Below, piece after piece: positions 1-10,407 of a stretch of DNA of 64,000 bases (the first letter of the stretch is position 1; every line of letters begins with the position of its first letter). The stretch is taken from contig JAYEHH010000037.1 of the NCBI GenBank assembly GCA_034716235.1, positions 566-64,565 of the forward strand. Direction: 5' to 3'. Position numbers and translations under genes: made by a program. Below the pieces are notes generated by a model that made no database searches, had not been told where the DNA came from, and was given only the letters and a program-made list of their open reading frames with translations. Source of the DNA: Patescibacteria group bacterium. Its GTDB lineage: Bacteria; Patescibacteriota; Minisyncoccia; CAIUEV01; JAHKAQ01.

Positions 1-2
1 CC

Positions 3-224
3 AGAGTAAAGCTTACCAATAAAATGGAAGTTACGGCTTACATTCCAGGGATTGGTCATAATCTGCAAGAGCACTCAATTGTAGTTATCAGAGGTGGCAG
101 AGTAAAGGACTTACCGGGAGTGCGTTATCATGTGGTTAGGGGAGTCTTGGATGCAGCTGGGGTTACTGATAGAAAAAGAGGCCGTAGCAAATATGGAGTC
201 AAGAAGCCTAAAGATAAAAAATAA
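3..224 (+). CDS. rpsL: 30S ribosomal protein S12, C-terminal part (5' end lies outside the window)
   Basis: Translation ...[36 protein letters not shown]... matches the conserved S12 C-terminus; rpsG and fusA follow in the canonical str-operon order. Confidence 0.9.
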   Translation, partial: RVKLTNKMEVTAYIPGIGHNLQEHSIVVIRGGRVKDLPGVRYHVVRGVLDAAGVTDRKRGRSKYGVKKPKDKK

Positions 225-278
225 AAGGTAAGTAATTAATTACGTAATTAATTAAGTAAATAGGTATCTGATTATTAA

Positions 279-725
279 ATGATTAAAAAATATTCCCCCG
301 ATCCTAAATTTGATAATGTTTTAGTTGGACGCTTAATAGGTCAACTAATGAAAAAGGGTAAAAAATCAAAAGCTCAGGACATTATCTATGGTTGCTTTGA
401 TATTATAAATGAAAAAAGTAAGCAGGACCCGCTAGATGTTTTTGATGAAGCGGTAAAAAATGTGACTCCGTCTCTTGAAGTTAGAGCAAAAAGAGTAGGA
501 GGTGCTAATTACCAAGTACCCGTGCCGGTTATGGGGGAAAGAAGAATGACTTTAACTTTGCGTTGGATTCTTGATGCCGCTAGAGCTAAAAAGGGTAAAA
601 TTATGGCTGAAAAACTGGCTTCAGAAATTATGGATGCTTCTAATAAACAAGGTACAGCGGTTAAAAAAAGAGAAGATGTGCATAGAATGGCTGAGGCTAA
701 TAAGGCCTTTGCTCATTTCGCTTAA
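279..725 (+). CDS. rpsG: 30S ribosomal protein S7
   Basis: 148 aa with an S7-like N-terminus ([24 protein letters not shown]); lies between rpsL and fusA. Confidence 0.93.
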   Translation: MIKKYSPDPKFDNVLVGRLIGQLMKKGKKSKAQDIIYGCFDIINEKSKQDPLDVFDEAVKNVTPSLEVRAKRVGGANYQVPVPVMGERRMTLTLRWILDAARAKKGKIMAEKLASEIMDASNKQGTAVKKREDVHRMAEANKAFAHFA

Positions 726-763
726 AACTACAAAAATTATAATTTTTTGTTCTTGCTGTGTAT

Positions 764-962
764 GTCACCCCCGCGAAAGCGGGGGTCCCGAGCAAATTTA
801 GGAAAAACTAACTTGGCAAAGCCTTGTCTAGACGTACCGGGATTCCCGCTTTCGCGGGAATGACAGAATGGGAATGACAGTGAAAAATAGGAGTAGTAGA
901 CCAATTCTCCATTCTCCATTCTCCATTATCAATTCTCAATTATCAATTATCAATTATCAATC
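764..962. repeat. Composite intergenic repeat (GC-rich hairpin module A plus TTATCAA/TTCTCCA heptamer array), left arm flanking fusA
   Basis: gtcacccccgcgaaagcgggggtcccgagcaaatttagg...gtctagacgtaccgggattcccgctttcgcgggaatgacag, then ccattctccattctccattatcaattctcaattatcaattatcaatc directly abutting the fusA ATG. Related copies occur at more than 10 other loci. Confidence 0.75.
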
Positions 963-3092
963 ATGCCTCGTAAATATCCTCTAGAAAAAACAAGAAATAT
1001 TGGCATTATCGCCCATATTGATGCTGGTAAAACAACCGTAACCGAACGGATTCTTTTCTATACGGGGATTTCTCACAAGATTGGAGAGGTTCATGAAGGT
1101 GAAGCAATTATGGATTGGATGGAGCAGGAGCGAGAAAGAGGCATCACTATTACTTCGGCAGCTACCACCTGTTTTTGGTCTCCGTCTGTCTTTGACGAGG
1201 AAGGTCAAGTAAAAGCCGGCAAAAAAGAATATGCCATTAATATTATTGACACTCCAGGGCATGTAGATTTCACAGTTGAAGTAGAGCGTTCTCTACGAGT
1301 TTTAGATGGAGGAGTAGTTATTTTTGATGGGAAAATGGGAGTAGAGCCCCAGTCGGAAACGGTTTGGAGACAAGCAGATAAATATAAAGTGCCTCGCATT
1401 TGTTTTGTTAATAAAATCAATCAAACGGGAGGTGATTTTTATATGAGTCTAGAATCTATTCAAAGCAGATTAAGTCCTAAAGCGGTAGCCATTACTTTGC
1501 CGATTGGAAGTGAACAGGATTTAAAAGGACTTATTGATTTAGTTGAAATGCAGGCTTATGTTTTTACCGATGATGAACATACAATTCTTCAAAAAACTGA
1601 GATTGATAAAGATATGCAAGAAAAAGCTCAGCAATATCATGATCAATTAGTAGAGAAAGTGGCTGAGACTGATGATAAATTATTAGAAGTTTTTTTGGAA
1701 GATGGTAAAATTTCTCCAGCAGAATTAAAATATGCTATTCGGAAAGCTACTTTAACCAGTAAACTATTTCCAGTTATTGGAGGTGATGGAAGAACCGTTA
1801 TTGTGACAAAACTATTAGATTATGTTTTGGATTATCTTCCTAGCCCATTGGATGTACCTGCCGTTGAAGGAGATGATCCTAAATTAGAAACTAAAATTAC
1901 TCGCAAAACGAACGATGAAGAAAGTTTTTCAGCTCTAGCTTTTAAAATTGCCACCGACCCCTTCGTGGGAACTCTTTGTTTTCTGCGGGTTTACTCGGGA
2001 GTTTTAAAAGTTGGAAGTTATATTCTAAACGCTACTAAGGACGAAAAAGAAAGAGTAGGCAGAATTGTTAGAATGCACTCCAACAAGAGAGAAGAAGTAG
2101 AAGAAGTATATGCCGGAGAAATTGCTGCTATTGTTGGTTTGAAAAATACTACTACCGGAGATACCCTTTGTGATGTAAACAACCCTATAATTTTAGAAAA
2201 AATTACCTTCCCAGAACCAGTAATTTCAGTAGCAGTTGAACCTAAAACTAAAGCTGATCAAGAAAAAATGGGTCTGGCTCTCAAGAAATTAGCTCAAGAA
2301 GACCCAACTTTTCAAATAAGGACTGATGAGGAAACTCTAGAGACTATCATTTCCGGTATGGGAGAGTTACATTTGGAAGTTTTGATAGATAGGATGAAAC
2401 GAGAATTTAAAGTGGGAGCTAATATTGGTAAACCTAGAGTGGCCTACAAAGAAGCCATAGCCACAGAAACAGAAGTTGAAGAAAAATATATTCGTCAAAC
2501 CGGTGGACGCGGTCAGTATGGCCATGTTTTATTAAAACTAGAACCTCAAGAAGCCGGTAAAGGATGTGAATTTGTGAATGCCATAAGGGGAGGACGTATT
2601 CCTCAAGAATTTATTCCGGCAGTAGAAAAAGGGATTAAGGGAGCTATGGAAAGTGGAGTGATTGCTGGTTACCCAGTAGTTGATACAAAAGTTACTTTAT
2701 TTGATGGGTCATATCACGAAGTAGATTCTTCAGAAGCAGCTTTTAAAATTGCTGGCTCTAAAGCTTTTAAGAGAGGCTTTAAGGCCGCTAAACCTTATTT
2801 GCTAGAACCAATAATGAAAGTAGAAGTGGTTACTCCAGAACAATTTATGGGAGATGTGGTTGGAGATTTAAGTTCTAGACGAGGAATCGTTGGTAATATG
2901 GAAGATCGGGGTGAAGACAGTGTGTCCGTTAAAGTCATTGCAGCTAATGTGCCGTTATCATCTATGTTTGGATATGCCACCGCCTTGCGTTCTTTAAGCC
3001 AAGGGAGATCTAACTATTCAATGGAATTTAGCCATTATGAAAAAATCCCGGCTAATATTGCAGAAGAAATTATGGGCAAAGAGGAAGAATAA
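963..3092 (+). CDS. fusA: Translation elongation factor G
   Basis: 709 aa; G1 motif AHIDAGKTT and a full EF-G domain set by similarity to canonical EF-G (e.g. DTPGHVDF). Confidence 0.97.
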   Translation: MPRKYPLEKTRNIGIIAHIDAGKTTVTERILFYTGISHKIGEVHEGEAIMDWMEQERERGITITSAATTCFWSPSVFDEEGQVKAGKKEYAINIIDTPGHVDFTVEVERSLRVLDGGVVIFDGKMGVEPQSETVWRQADKYKVPRICFVNKINQTGGDFYMSLESIQSRLSPKAVAITLPIGSEQDLKGLIDLVEMQAYVFTDDEHTILQKTEIDKDMQEKAQQYHDQLVEKVAETDDKLLEVFLEDGKISPAELKYAIRKATLTSKLFPVIGGDGRTVIVTKLLDYVLDYLPSPLDVPAVEGDDPKLETKITRKTNDEESFSALAFKIATDPFVGTLCFLRVYSGVLKVGSYILNATKDEKERVGRIVRMHSNKREEVEEVYAGEIAAIVGLKNTTTGDTLCDVNNPIILEKITFPEPVISVAVEPKTKADQEKMGLALKKLAQEDPTFQIRTDEETLETIISGMGELHLEVLIDRMKREFKVGANIGKPRVAYKEAIATETEVEEKYIRQTGGRGQYGHVLLKLEPQEAGKGCEFVNAIRGGRIPQEFIPAVEKGIKGAMESGVIAGYPVVDTKVTLFDGSYHEVDSSEAAFKIAGSKAFKRGFKAAKPYLLEPIMKVEVVTPEQFMGDVVGDLSSRRGIVGNMEDRGEDSVSVKVIAANVPLSSMFGYATALRSLSQGRSNYSMEFSHYEKIPANIAEEIMGKEEE

Positions 3093-3272
3093 ATGGATAA
3101 TGGATAATTCACAATGCCACCCAAAGGCTGGTCACCCTCTGGGTGAGATAATGGAGAATTGATAATTTCCCTGTCATTCCCGCGAAAGCGGGAATCCCGG
3201 TACGTCTAGGCAAAACTTTGTCAAAATGATTTTCCTAAATTTGCTCGGGACCCTTGCTAGCACGGGGGTGGT
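3093..3272. repeat. Composite intergenic repeat, right arm flanking fusA, inverted relative to 764-962
   Basis: atggataatggataattcac (heptamers), ccaaaggctggtcaccctctgggtga (module B hairpin), ctgtcattcccgcgaaagcgggaatcccggtacgtctaggcaaaactttgtcaaaatgattttcctaaatttgctcgggaccc (module A). This is the reverse complement of the 764-880 element at roughly 85-90% identity. Confidence 0.75.
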
Positions 3273-3293
3273 ACATACATCAGGGGCGAAAAA

Positions 3294-3321
3294 TCTATAA
3301 TCTATAATCTATAATCTATAA
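3294..3321. repeat. Tandem heptamer TCTATAA x4 (each unit contains TATAAT)
   Basis: tctataatctataatctataatctataa immediately upstream of the HD-hydrolase gene. Confidence 0.6.
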
Positions 3322-3329
3322 TTTTCGAA

Positions 3330-3902
3330 GTGAATCCTTTTAAAATAATAAACAAATACTACAATGCTGATTCGGAGGAGTACCAAACATTGGTGCTTCA
3401 TTCAGTCATGGTAGCCAAAAAAGCATTAGAAATTGTTAGCCAACTAACAATCAGTCAATCTATTGCAGAAAATGTTTCCAGAGAATTTATTTATGAAGCT
3501 GCTATGTTGCATGACATTGGATTTAAATTTCCCGGAGAATTAAAAAACAAAACCGAGCTTGCCTCTCAATATCTCACCCATGGTTATTATGGTGCTGAAA
3601 TTTTAAGAAAAGAAGGACTTCCTCAGCATGCTCAAGTGGCTGAAAATCATGTTGGAGTAGGCTTAACTAGACAAGAAATTGAAAATAACAAATGGCCAAT
3701 GCCTCCAAAAGATTATTTTCCTCAAACAATTGAAGAAAAAATTATATCCTATGCGGATTTATTTTATTCAAAAAGTTATAAAACTTCGCCAGGTTTTTTT
3801 AAGGAAAGAACCATGGAAGAGGTTATTGAAAAGATAAAAAAATACCAAAATGGGAGTGAAAAAATCAAAGTTTTTCGAGAATGGGATAAGATTTTTACTT
3901 AA
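3330..3902 (+). CDS. HD-domain phosphohydrolase (YqeK-like size), inserted between fusA and tuf
   Basis: 190 aa with an H...HD signature (LHSVMVAKKA ... AAMLHDIGF) typical of the HD superfamily. Confidence 0.6.
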   Translation: MNPFKIINKYYNADSEEYQTLVLHSVMVAKKALEIVSQLTISQSIAENVSREFIYEAAMLHDIGFKFPGELKNKTELASQYLTHGYYGAEILRKEGLPQHAQVAENHVGVGLTRQEIENNKWPMPPKDYFPQTIEEKIISYADLFYSKSYKTSPGFFKERTMEEVIEKIKKYQNGSEKIKVFREWDKIFT

Positions 3903-4006
3903 TATTTAAGGATTACTTGACTTTAAGTTAAAATTCCGCTAATTATTAACTAATGTATTGCAACAATTACTAAATTATTAATAAGTCTAAGTTTAATAAA
4001 ATAATT

Positions 4007-4063
4007 AAGACCAATTGGGTAAAACTCAATTCTTGATGAAAGCAATTGGGATTGGTCTTTTGA
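4007..4063 (+). promoter_or_regulatory. tuf 5' leader hairpin (9-bp inverted repeat AAGACCAAT/ATTGGTCTT enclosing a duplicated CAATTGGG), followed by a T-run and the RBS
   Basis: aagaccaattgggtaaaactcaattcttgatgaaagcaattgggattggtcttttgaaaaggag; possible attenuator or terminator between the HD gene and tuf. Confidence 0.3.
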
Positions 4064-4079
4064 AAAGGAGTTTTTAAAA

Positions 4080-5273
4080 ATGGCAGAAAAATTTGATCGC
4101 AGTAAACCACACGTAAACGTAGGAACCATTGGTCATGTTGACCATGGTAAAACTACATTAACCGCTGCTATCTTGCATGCTTTGAAGCTGACAGGAAAAT
4201 TAGCCAGCGACAAAGACATTAGTCAAATAGATGCAGCCCCAGAAGAGAAAGAAAGAGGAATTACTATCGCAACAGCTCATGTTGAGTATGAGTCTGACAA
4301 AAGGCACTATGCTCATGTAGATTGTCCAGGGCATGCCGATTACATAAAAAATATGATTACTGGAGCCGCTCAGATGGATGGAGCTATTTTAGTGGTTTCT
4401 GCTACTGATGGTCCTATGCCTCAGACAAGAGAGCATATTCTTTTAGCTCGTCAAGTAGGAGTTCCAGCAATTGTTGTATTTTTAAACAAAGTTGATCAAG
4501 TTGATGATCCTGAATTAATAGATTTGGTAGAAAGTGAAGTCCGAGAACTCTTAAACAAGTATGAATTTGATGGTGATAATGCTTCCATAATTAGAGGGTC
4601 TGCGTTAAAAGCGTTAGAATGCAAAGATAAAGATGATGAAGATATTAAACCCATTTTAGAGCTTGTAACCGCTTTAGATGAAAAAATTCCCGCTCCAGAA
4701 AGAGAAACAGATAAACCTTACCTTATGCCAATAGAAGATATTTTTTCTATTGAAGGGCGAGGGACAGTAGTTACTGGTAGGATTGAGAGAGGTGAAGTAA
4801 ACATTAACGACAAGGTAGAAATTGTAGGTATTAAAGATACCACCGAAACTGTAGTTACGGGGATTGAAATGTTTAACAAAGAGTTGGATAAGGGACAGGC
4901 AGGAGATAACGCCGGGGTTCTTTTAAGAGGAATTAAAAAGGAAGAAATAGAAAGAGGGCAAGTTTTGGCCAAGCCAGGATCTATAACTCCTCACAGTGAG
5001 TTTGAAGCAGAGGTGTATATTTTAACGAAAGAAGAAGGTGGTCGTCACACTCCTTTCTTTACCGGATACAAACCGCAATTCTATATTAGAACTACCGATA
5101 TTACAGGAGATGTCACTCTACCAGAAGGAACTGAAATGGTAATGCCAGGAGATACGATAAGTCTGCAGGCTAAACTGATTGGTAAAGTAGCTATGGAAGA
5201 GGGTATGCGATTTGCGACCAGAGAAGGTGGCAAAACTGTAGGAGCAGGAGTAGTAACTAAGATTATCAAATAA
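4080..5273 (+). CDS. tuf: Translation elongation factor Tu
   Basis: 397 aa with [17 protein letters not shown] and NKVD motifs. Confidence 0.97.
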   Translation: MAEKFDRSKPHVNVGTIGHVDHGKTTLTAAILHALKLTGKLASDKDISQIDAAPEEKERGITIATAHVEYESDKRHYAHVDCPGHADYIKNMITGAAQMDGAILVVSATDGPMPQTREHILLARQVGVPAIVVFLNKVDQVDDPELIDLVESEVRELLNKYEFDGDNASIIRGSALKALECKDKDDEDIKPILELVTALDEKIPAPERETDKPYLMPIEDIFSIEGRGTVVTGRIERGEVNINDKVEIVGIKDTTETVVTGIEMFNKELDKGQAGDNAGVLLRGIKKEEIERGQVLAKPGSITPHSEFEAEVYILTKEEGGRHTPFFTGYKPQFYIRTTDITGDVTLPEGTEMVMPGDTISLQAKLIGKVAMEEGMRFATREGGKTVGAGVVTKIIK

Positions 5274-5284
5274 TGAAGTAGCTC

Positions 5285-5319
5285 AACAGAAAGAGGCGGA
5301 TTACCTGCCTCTTTCTGTT
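5285..5319 (+). terminator. Stem-loop after tuf (12-bp stem ACAGAAAGAGGC/GCCTCTTTCTGT); weak T tract
   Basis: aacagaaagaggcggattacctgcctctttctgttg sits 12 nt after the tuf stop; could be a terminator or an RNA-stability hairpin. Confidence 0.4.
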
Positions 5320-5347
5320 GTAAGCTTAATAGATCATTAATAAATAG

Positions 5348-5683
5348 ATGGAAAAGAAGAAAGAGCAAAAGTCAGAGGAAAAATCAAGGATTAGGATTAA
5401 AATTAAAGCTTTTGATCATCGAGTAATTGATCAATCGGCTAAACAGATTATGGATACCGCTGAAAGAACAGGGGCTAAGGTTATCGGACCAGTTCCTCTT
5501 CCTACAGCCATTAATCGTTTCACAGTGAATCGGTCCACCTTTGTCAACAAAGATGCTCGCGATCAATATGAAATGAGAACCCATAAGCGTTTGCTGGATA
5601 TTGAAAATTTTACCCCTAAAACGATTGATTCTTTGATTAACCTTGATTTACCAACAGGAGTAAACGTAGAGATTAAGATGTAG
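5348..5683 (+). CDS. rpsJ: 30S ribosomal protein S10 (with a short Lys/Glu-rich N-terminal extension)
   Basis: [39 protein letters not shown]... is the canonical S10 core. Confidence 0.95.
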   Translation: MEKKKEQKSEEKSRIRIKIKAFDHRVIDQSAKQIMDTAERTGAKVIGPVPLPTAINRFTVNRSTFVNKDARDQYEMRTHKRLLDIENFTPKTIDSLINLDLPTGVNVEIKM

Positions 5684-5859
5684 TCCAGTGTGATTATTTG
5701 GCTGAGTGGTTAATTGTGGTTTAGACAATTTATTGAGCTTATAAATTGAATTTTTTCCATAGAGACGTAAAATTTTGCGTCTTTACAATTTTTTGAAGGT
5801 GCAAAAAAGCTCATTTTTCAAACATTCGAACATTTAGATTGAAGGAATAAATAAAGGTT

Positions 5860-6411
5860 ATGTTTATAATCGGTAAAAAATTGAATATGTCGCAGGTTTG
5901 GGACGATAAGAATAGAATTATCCCCATAACTAAACTAAAGTGTACTCCCAGTAAACTGGTAGGTTTTAAGACAGTGGAAAAAGATGGCTATCAAGCTATA
6001 ATCATTAATTGTGAAGGAATTACTAAAGAATTCAAGCTATCTTCAAAAGTGAAAAATGATTTAAAACAAGGAGCTGAAATAACCGTAAGTTCTTTTGCTC
6101 CAGGAGATCGAGTGAAAATTACCGGTAAAAGTAAGGGGAAAGGATTTCAGGGAGTTGTTAAAAGGCATGGTTTTAAAGGAGGAGGAGCTACTCATGGTCA
6201 TCGGCACGATTTAAGACAAGGTGGTTCAATTGGTTCAGCTTATCCTCAACATGTTATGAAAGGAAAAAAAATGGCCGGTAGAATGGGGAGCGATAAAATT
6301 TCTATCAGCAGGGCTTTAGTGGTCAAAGTAGATGAGAAGGAAAATATTTTAATGGTTAGAGGAGCCATACCGGGTAGAAGAGGCGGAATAGTATTTATTA
6401 GTAAACGATAA
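5860..6411 (+). CDS. rplC: 50S ribosomal protein L3
   Basis: IIGKKLNMSQVWDD... is an L3 N-terminus; RBS aaggaataaataaagg lies upstream. An unusual 176-nt gap separates it from rpsJ. Confidence 0.95.
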   Translation: MFIIGKKLNMSQVWDDKNRIIPITKLKCTPSKLVGFKTVEKDGYQAIIINCEGITKEFKLSSKVKNDLKQGAEITVSSFAPGDRVKITGKSKGKGFQGVVKRHGFKGGGATHGHRHDLRQGGSIGSAYPQHVMKGKKMAGRMGSDKISISRALVVKVDEKENILMVRGAIPGRRGGIVFISKR

Positions 6412-6422
6412 TTATTTTTTTA

Positions 6423-7076
6423 ATGCAACAACCAATTTATAATTTAGACGCCAGCAAACAAGGGGAACTAAAATTAGCTCCCGCAGTGTTTGACGTTCCT
6501 ATGAATTATGATTTGGTTCACAGAGTAGCAGTTTCACTTTCCTCTAACAGAAGACGACCGATAGCTCATACTAAAACTAAAGGAGAAGTCCGCGGTGGAG
6601 GTAAAAAACCATGGAGTCAAAAAGGAACTGGAAATGCACGGGCAGGGTCAATCCGAAGCCCAATTTTTAAAGGTGGTGGAGTTACTTTTGGTCCAAGAAA
6701 CGAAGTGAATTTTCAGAAAAAGATTAATAAGAAAGAACGTAAGAAAGCCTTTGTAGAAGTGCTTTCTAGCAAACTAAGAGATGGTGAGCTTAAAATTATT
6801 GAAAGTTTTAAATTGGAAACACCCAAGACCAAAAAGTTAGCTGATTTATTTAAAAAATTAGGGACTGAGGGTAAATCTGGTCTGGTGGTTACCTTGGAAA
6901 ATAACGATCAGGTAAAGAAATCGTTGGCCAATTTACCAAGGATTAGTTTTGCCCAGGCAGCCAATATTTGCTCATTAGATTTATTGAATTACAAGTTTCT
7001 ATATTTAGAGAAAGCAGTAGTGGGGTATTATGAAAAGAAATACGCTACCGTAGAGGTAAAAAAGAGTAAAAAGTAA
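6423..7076 (+). CDS. rplD: 50S ribosomal protein L4
   Basis: KGEVRGGGKKPWSQKGTGNARAGSIRSP motif. Confidence 0.95.
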   Translation: MQQPIYNLDASKQGELKLAPAVFDVPMNYDLVHRVAVSLSSNRRRPIAHTKTKGEVRGGGKKPWSQKGTGNARAGSIRSPIFKGGGVTFGPRNEVNFQKKINKKERKKAFVEVLSSKLRDGELKIIESFKLETPKTKKLADLFKKLGTEGKSGLVVTLENNDQVKKSLANLPRISFAQAANICSLDLLNYKFLYLEKAVVGYYEKKYATVEVKKSKK

Positions 7077-7084
7077 TTTTTGTT

Positions 7085-7507
7085 ATGGCAGGATTATTAG
7101 AAAAAATTGGAGTAAAAGGTAAAAAGAAGCCAGTTGTTAGTTCGGCTAAAGAAGAGACTAAAAGTAAAGGCAAAGTAGGGAAAAAGCGGTCTCAAAAAGA
7201 GACTAGCGATAAATTGCCAGAGCATAAAGCTAAAGTTGAAAATGCCTATAGAGTTCTTTTGGGCTTTGTAAATACAGAGAAGTCTAGTCAAGATGCTCAG
7301 TTGGGAAAGTATTGTTTTAAGGTTAACCCTAAATTTGGCAAACGGATGATACAGAAAGCGGTAGAGGAATATTATGGAGTAGTAGTGACCAGGGTGAATG
7401 TAATGAATTATAAACCCAAGTCAAAAAGATTTCGTTTAATTAAAGGTACTAGAGGTACTTATAAGAAAGCGGTTGTAACTCTTAAAGATGGAGATAGTAT
7501 AAAATAA
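7085..7507 (+). CDS. rplW: 50S ribosomal protein L23 (with a Lys-rich N-terminal extension)
   Basis: Position in the S10 operon plus an L23-like C-terminal core (YKVLLGFVNTEKS...). Confidence 0.85.
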   Translation: MAGLLEKIGVKGKKKPVVSSAKEETKSKGKVGKKRSQKETSDKLPEHKAKVENAYRVLLGFVNTEKSSQDAQLGKYCFKVNPKFGKRMIQKAVEEYYGVVVTRVNVMNYKPKSKRFRLIKGTRGTYKKAVVTLKDGDSIK

Positions 7508-7512
7508 CACTT

Positions 7513-8346
7513 ATGTTGAAAGTTAAAAAAATTAAAAATAGAGGCAAGCGAGTAATGTCGTATGTATGGGGAGATAAAATTGATCGATCTGCTAAACCCT
7601 ATAAACCGCTTACCCGTACTTTAAAGAAAAGATCTGGGCGAATGCGTTCCGGAAAAATTTCTGTGAGACGCAGAGGAGGGGGGAATCGTAGGAGATATCG
7701 TTTGGTTGATTTTAAGAGAAAGTCTGGGGAATTCAAGGTAGAGAGAATAGAAAAAGATCCTAACCGTAGTGGTTTTATTACCTTGGTTACCGATGAAAAA
7801 GATCGTAAATACTATTTGCCGGCCACCGTTGATATGAATGTTGGTGATACTTTTCAGGCAGGTGAGAAGGTTGCCATTGCTAAGGGCAATCGGACCTGCT
7901 TAGCGAGGATTTTGACCGGTTCTATGGTTTCCAATATTGAACTTTATCCGGGCTCCAGAGGACAATTAGCCAGAGCTGGTGGAACTTATGCAATTGTGAT
8001 GGGACGCGAGAATGGATTGAGCCAACTTAAGATGCCTTCTGGAGAAATTCGTCAGGTTAATGAAGAATGTTATGCTACTATTGGACAAACTTCTAATCTA
8101 GAGAATAATATGATTAGGATAGGGAAGGCTGGCAGAGTGCGTTTAATGGGGCATCGGCCAAAGGTTAGGGGAAAGGCTATGAATGCAGTTGATCATCCAC
8201 ATGGAGGGGGAGAGGGTAATGTATCAATCGGAATGAAACATCCTAAAACTCTTTGGGGGAAACCGGCTTTGGGAGTTAAAACCAGAAAGAAGAATAAACA
8301 AAGTAGTCGGTATATTGTAAAGAGACGAGCACGCAGACGAAAATAA
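7513..8346 (+). CDS. rplB: 50S ribosomal protein L2
   Basis: 277 aa; GHRPKVRGKAMNAVDHPHGGGEG motif. Confidence 0.96.
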   Translation: MLKVKKIKNRGKRVMSYVWGDKIDRSAKPYKPLTRTLKKRSGRMRSGKISVRRRGGGNRRRYRLVDFKRKSGEFKVERIEKDPNRSGFITLVTDEKDRKYYLPATVDMNVGDTFQAGEKVAIAKGNRTCLARILTGSMVSNIELYPGSRGQLARAGGTYAIVMGRENGLSQLKMPSGEIRQVNEECYATIGQTSNLENNMIRIGKAGRVRLMGHRPKVRGKAMNAVDHPHGGGEGNVSIGMKHPKTLWGKPALGVKTRKKNKQSSRYIVKRRARRRK

Positions 8347-8387
8347 ATAAGCTAGAATCGCAATAATTAATTTCAATTTTAATAGAT

Positions 8388-8723
8388 ATGTCCAGAAGTT
8401 TAAAGAAAGGTCCCTATGTGGATCCCAGAATTTTAAAGAAGATTAAAAATTTAAAGCCGGGAGATAAGACAGTGATTAAGACTTGGTCGCGTGATTGCGT
8501 TATTACTCCAGAAATGATAGGCTTCGTTTTTGGCGTGCATAATGGTCAAAAGCATATTGAAGTTTCGATTGCTGAAGAAATGGTAGGTCATAAATTGGGA
8601 GAATTTTCTTTAACTAGAAAGTTTCAAAAGCATGGAGGCAGGATGCAGAAAGAGATAGAACAAGGAGAAAATCAAGTAATGGGAGAATCTCAAAAGGGAG
8701 CCGAAAAGAAGGACGATAAATAA
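8388..8723 (+). CDS. rpsS: 30S ribosomal protein S19 (C-terminal extension)
   Basis: [19 protein letters not shown] ... [11 protein letters not shown]. Confidence 0.95.
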   Translation: MSRSLKKGPYVDPRILKKIKNLKPGDKTVIKTWSRDCVITPEMIGFVFGVHNGQKHIEVSIAEEMVGHKLGEFSLTRKFQKHGGRMQKEIEQGENQVMGESQKGAEKKDDK

Positions 8724-8751
8724 GCTTAAAAGGTAATTTCAATTTAATTTT

Positions 8752-9306
8752 ATGCAAGTTAGAGCAAGATTGAAAAATTTTAGAATGTCAGCTAAAAAAG
8801 CCCGCTTAGTGGCTGATTTAGTTAGAGGGGAGAACTTTATTGATGCCAGGGCTCAGTTGCAACATCTGAAAGGTAAAATGGCAGAACCTCTTCTAGGATT
8901 GATTGATTCTTGCGCTGCCAATGGATTACATAATTTTGGGCTAGAAAAAACTAATTTATATATTGATAAAATTGAAGTAGGTGAAGGGACGGTTATGAAA
9001 AGGTGGCGACCAAGGGCTCATGGAAGAGCTTATCCCATTTTTAAAAGAGCTTGTCATATAGAAGTTATTTTAGATGAGATAGAAGCTGGCAAAGGAAGAG
9101 TTAAGGTGAAGAAGCAAAAAGCTAAAACCCTGACCTATAAAGAATTACAGAAAATTACCAGTCAAGCCGATAAGATGTTAAGCAAGCAACAAGAAAAGAA
9201 GCAAAAGGAGAAGAAGCAAGAGCAGGGAAAACAACAGGCTTCCAAAGGAAAGGGTAGCGGTGCAGAACGAGCTATCTCTAAAATTTTTAGAAGAAAAAGT
9301 ATTTAA
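8752..9306 (+). CDS. rplV: 50S ribosomal protein L22 (long KQ-rich C-terminal extension)
   Basis: MSAKKARLVADLVRG...AHGRAYPIFKRACHIEVIL core. Confidence 0.9.
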   Translation: MQVRARLKNFRMSAKKARLVADLVRGENFIDARAQLQHLKGKMAEPLLGLIDSCAANGLHNFGLEKTNLYIDKIEVGEGTVMKRWRPRAHGRAYPIFKRACHIEVILDEIEAGKGRVKVKKQKAKTLTYKELQKITSQADKMLSKQQEKKQKEKKQEQGKQQASKGKGSGAERAISKIFRRKSI

Positions 9307-9311
9307 GTTAT

Positions 9312-9998
9312 ATGGGCAAAAAAATTAATCCAATTAGCTTCAGATTAGGAATTGTAACCGATTGGTCCTCAAAATGGTTTAGCACAAAAGAATATGCTAA
9401 TTTTTTGGAAATGGATTTGGCGATTGAGAAATATATTAAAAAGGTCCTCAAAGGTAGTGCCGTTAAAGATGTAAATATCAGTAGGTCAGAAAATTCCTTA
9501 AAAATTAAAATTTTGTCAGGTCGTCCAGGTATGATAATCGGACGAGGAGGATCGGGAATTGAAGAATTAAAGAATAAGCTTTCTGCTTTACTAATGTCTT
9601 TAAGAAGCAAACAGAAGAAAGGAAAGAAGAAAAGTAAGTTAGAAATTGAGATAGAAGTAGAAGAGGTTAAGAATTTTGAAGAGCATGCAGCTCTAGTTGC
9701 TCAAAGTGTAGCGGAACAGTTAGAAAAGAGGGTGGCTTTCAGAAGAGTTTTGAAAACAACATTGGATTCAGTTTCTAGACAGAGCAATGTAAAAGGAGTA
9801 AAAATAATGGTAGCTGGTCGATTAAATGGAGCTGAAATGAGATCCAAGGAATGGGTTATTGAAGGAGGAATTCCGTTGCACACCTTAAGAGCTAATGTTG
9901 ATTTTGCTAAATATTCTGCGCATACTAATTGTGGGGTAGTTGGCATAAAAGTTTGGATATATAAGGGAGAAGTTTTTAAAAAGGATAAAAGAAGCTAA
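9312..9998 (+). CDS. rpsC: 30S ribosomal protein S3
   Basis: KINPISFRLGIVTDWSSKWF N-terminus, KH domain and S3 C-terminal domain. Confidence 0.95.
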   Translation: MGKKINPISFRLGIVTDWSSKWFSTKEYANFLEMDLAIEKYIKKVLKGSAVKDVNISRSENSLKIKILSGRPGMIIGRGGSGIEELKNKLSALLMSLRSKQKKGKKKSKLEIEIEVEEVKNFEEHAALVAQSVAEQLEKRVAFRRVLKTTLDSVSRQSNVKGVKIMVAGRLNGAEMRSKEWVIEGGIPLHTLRANVDFAKYSAHTNCGVVGIKVWIYKGEVFKKDKRS

Positions 9999-10000
9999 TT

Positions 10001-10405
10001 ATGCTGTTACCAAAGAAAATTAAGCATCGGAAACAACACGAAAGGAAATTCAGACAGGTTACGAAAAGAGGAAGCACTTTAGAATTCGGAAATTTTGGTT
10101 TAAAAGTGCTGGAAGCTACTTGGATATCTTCAAGACAGTTGGAAGCTGCTAGACGAGCTATGACTCGTTATGTACAAAGACAAGGTAAGATTTGGATTAG
10201 GATTTTTCCCGATTCTCCAATTACTCAGAAGGGAGCAGAAGTTCCAATGGGTAAGGGCAAGGGTAGTGTAGACCATTTTGTGGCTGCAGTTAGTCCCGGA
10301 AGAATTATTTTTGAGATAGGTGGGATTGAGAAAGAGATAGCTGAGGTTGCCCTTAAAAGAGCTGGAGATAAAATATCAGCCAAGACTAAAGTTATTAGTA
10401 AATAA
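10001..10405 (+). CDS. rplP: 50S ribosomal protein L16
   Basis: MLLPKKIKHRKQHERKFRQ... canonical L16. Confidence 0.95.
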   Translation: MLLPKKIKHRKQHERKFRQVTKRGSTLEFGNFGLKVLEATWISSRQLEAARRAMTRYVQRQGKIWIRIFPDSPITQKGAEVPMGKGKGSVDHFVAAVSPGRIIFEIGGIEKEIAEVALKRAGDKISAKTKVISK

Positions 10406-10407
10406 TT

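Noticed and set aside
981-1420. Minus-strand ORFs (93 and 71 aa) inside fusA; similar antisense ORFs inside tuf (4718-4972, 5081-5368), S10, L5 (11536-12357, 273 aa), DMT (22814-23125) and recJ
   Set aside because: They are fully nested antisense to strongly conserved, well-supported genes. They have low-complexity composition (F/L/S-rich mirror of the K/E-rich sense strand) and no recognisable motifs.
895-3117. GGATAAT/TTATCAA heptamer arrays as DnaA boxes (oriC)
   Set aside because: Units only partially match TTATCCACA. Arrays occur at at least 6 separate loci. No dnaA, dnaN or AT-rich DUE context is present.
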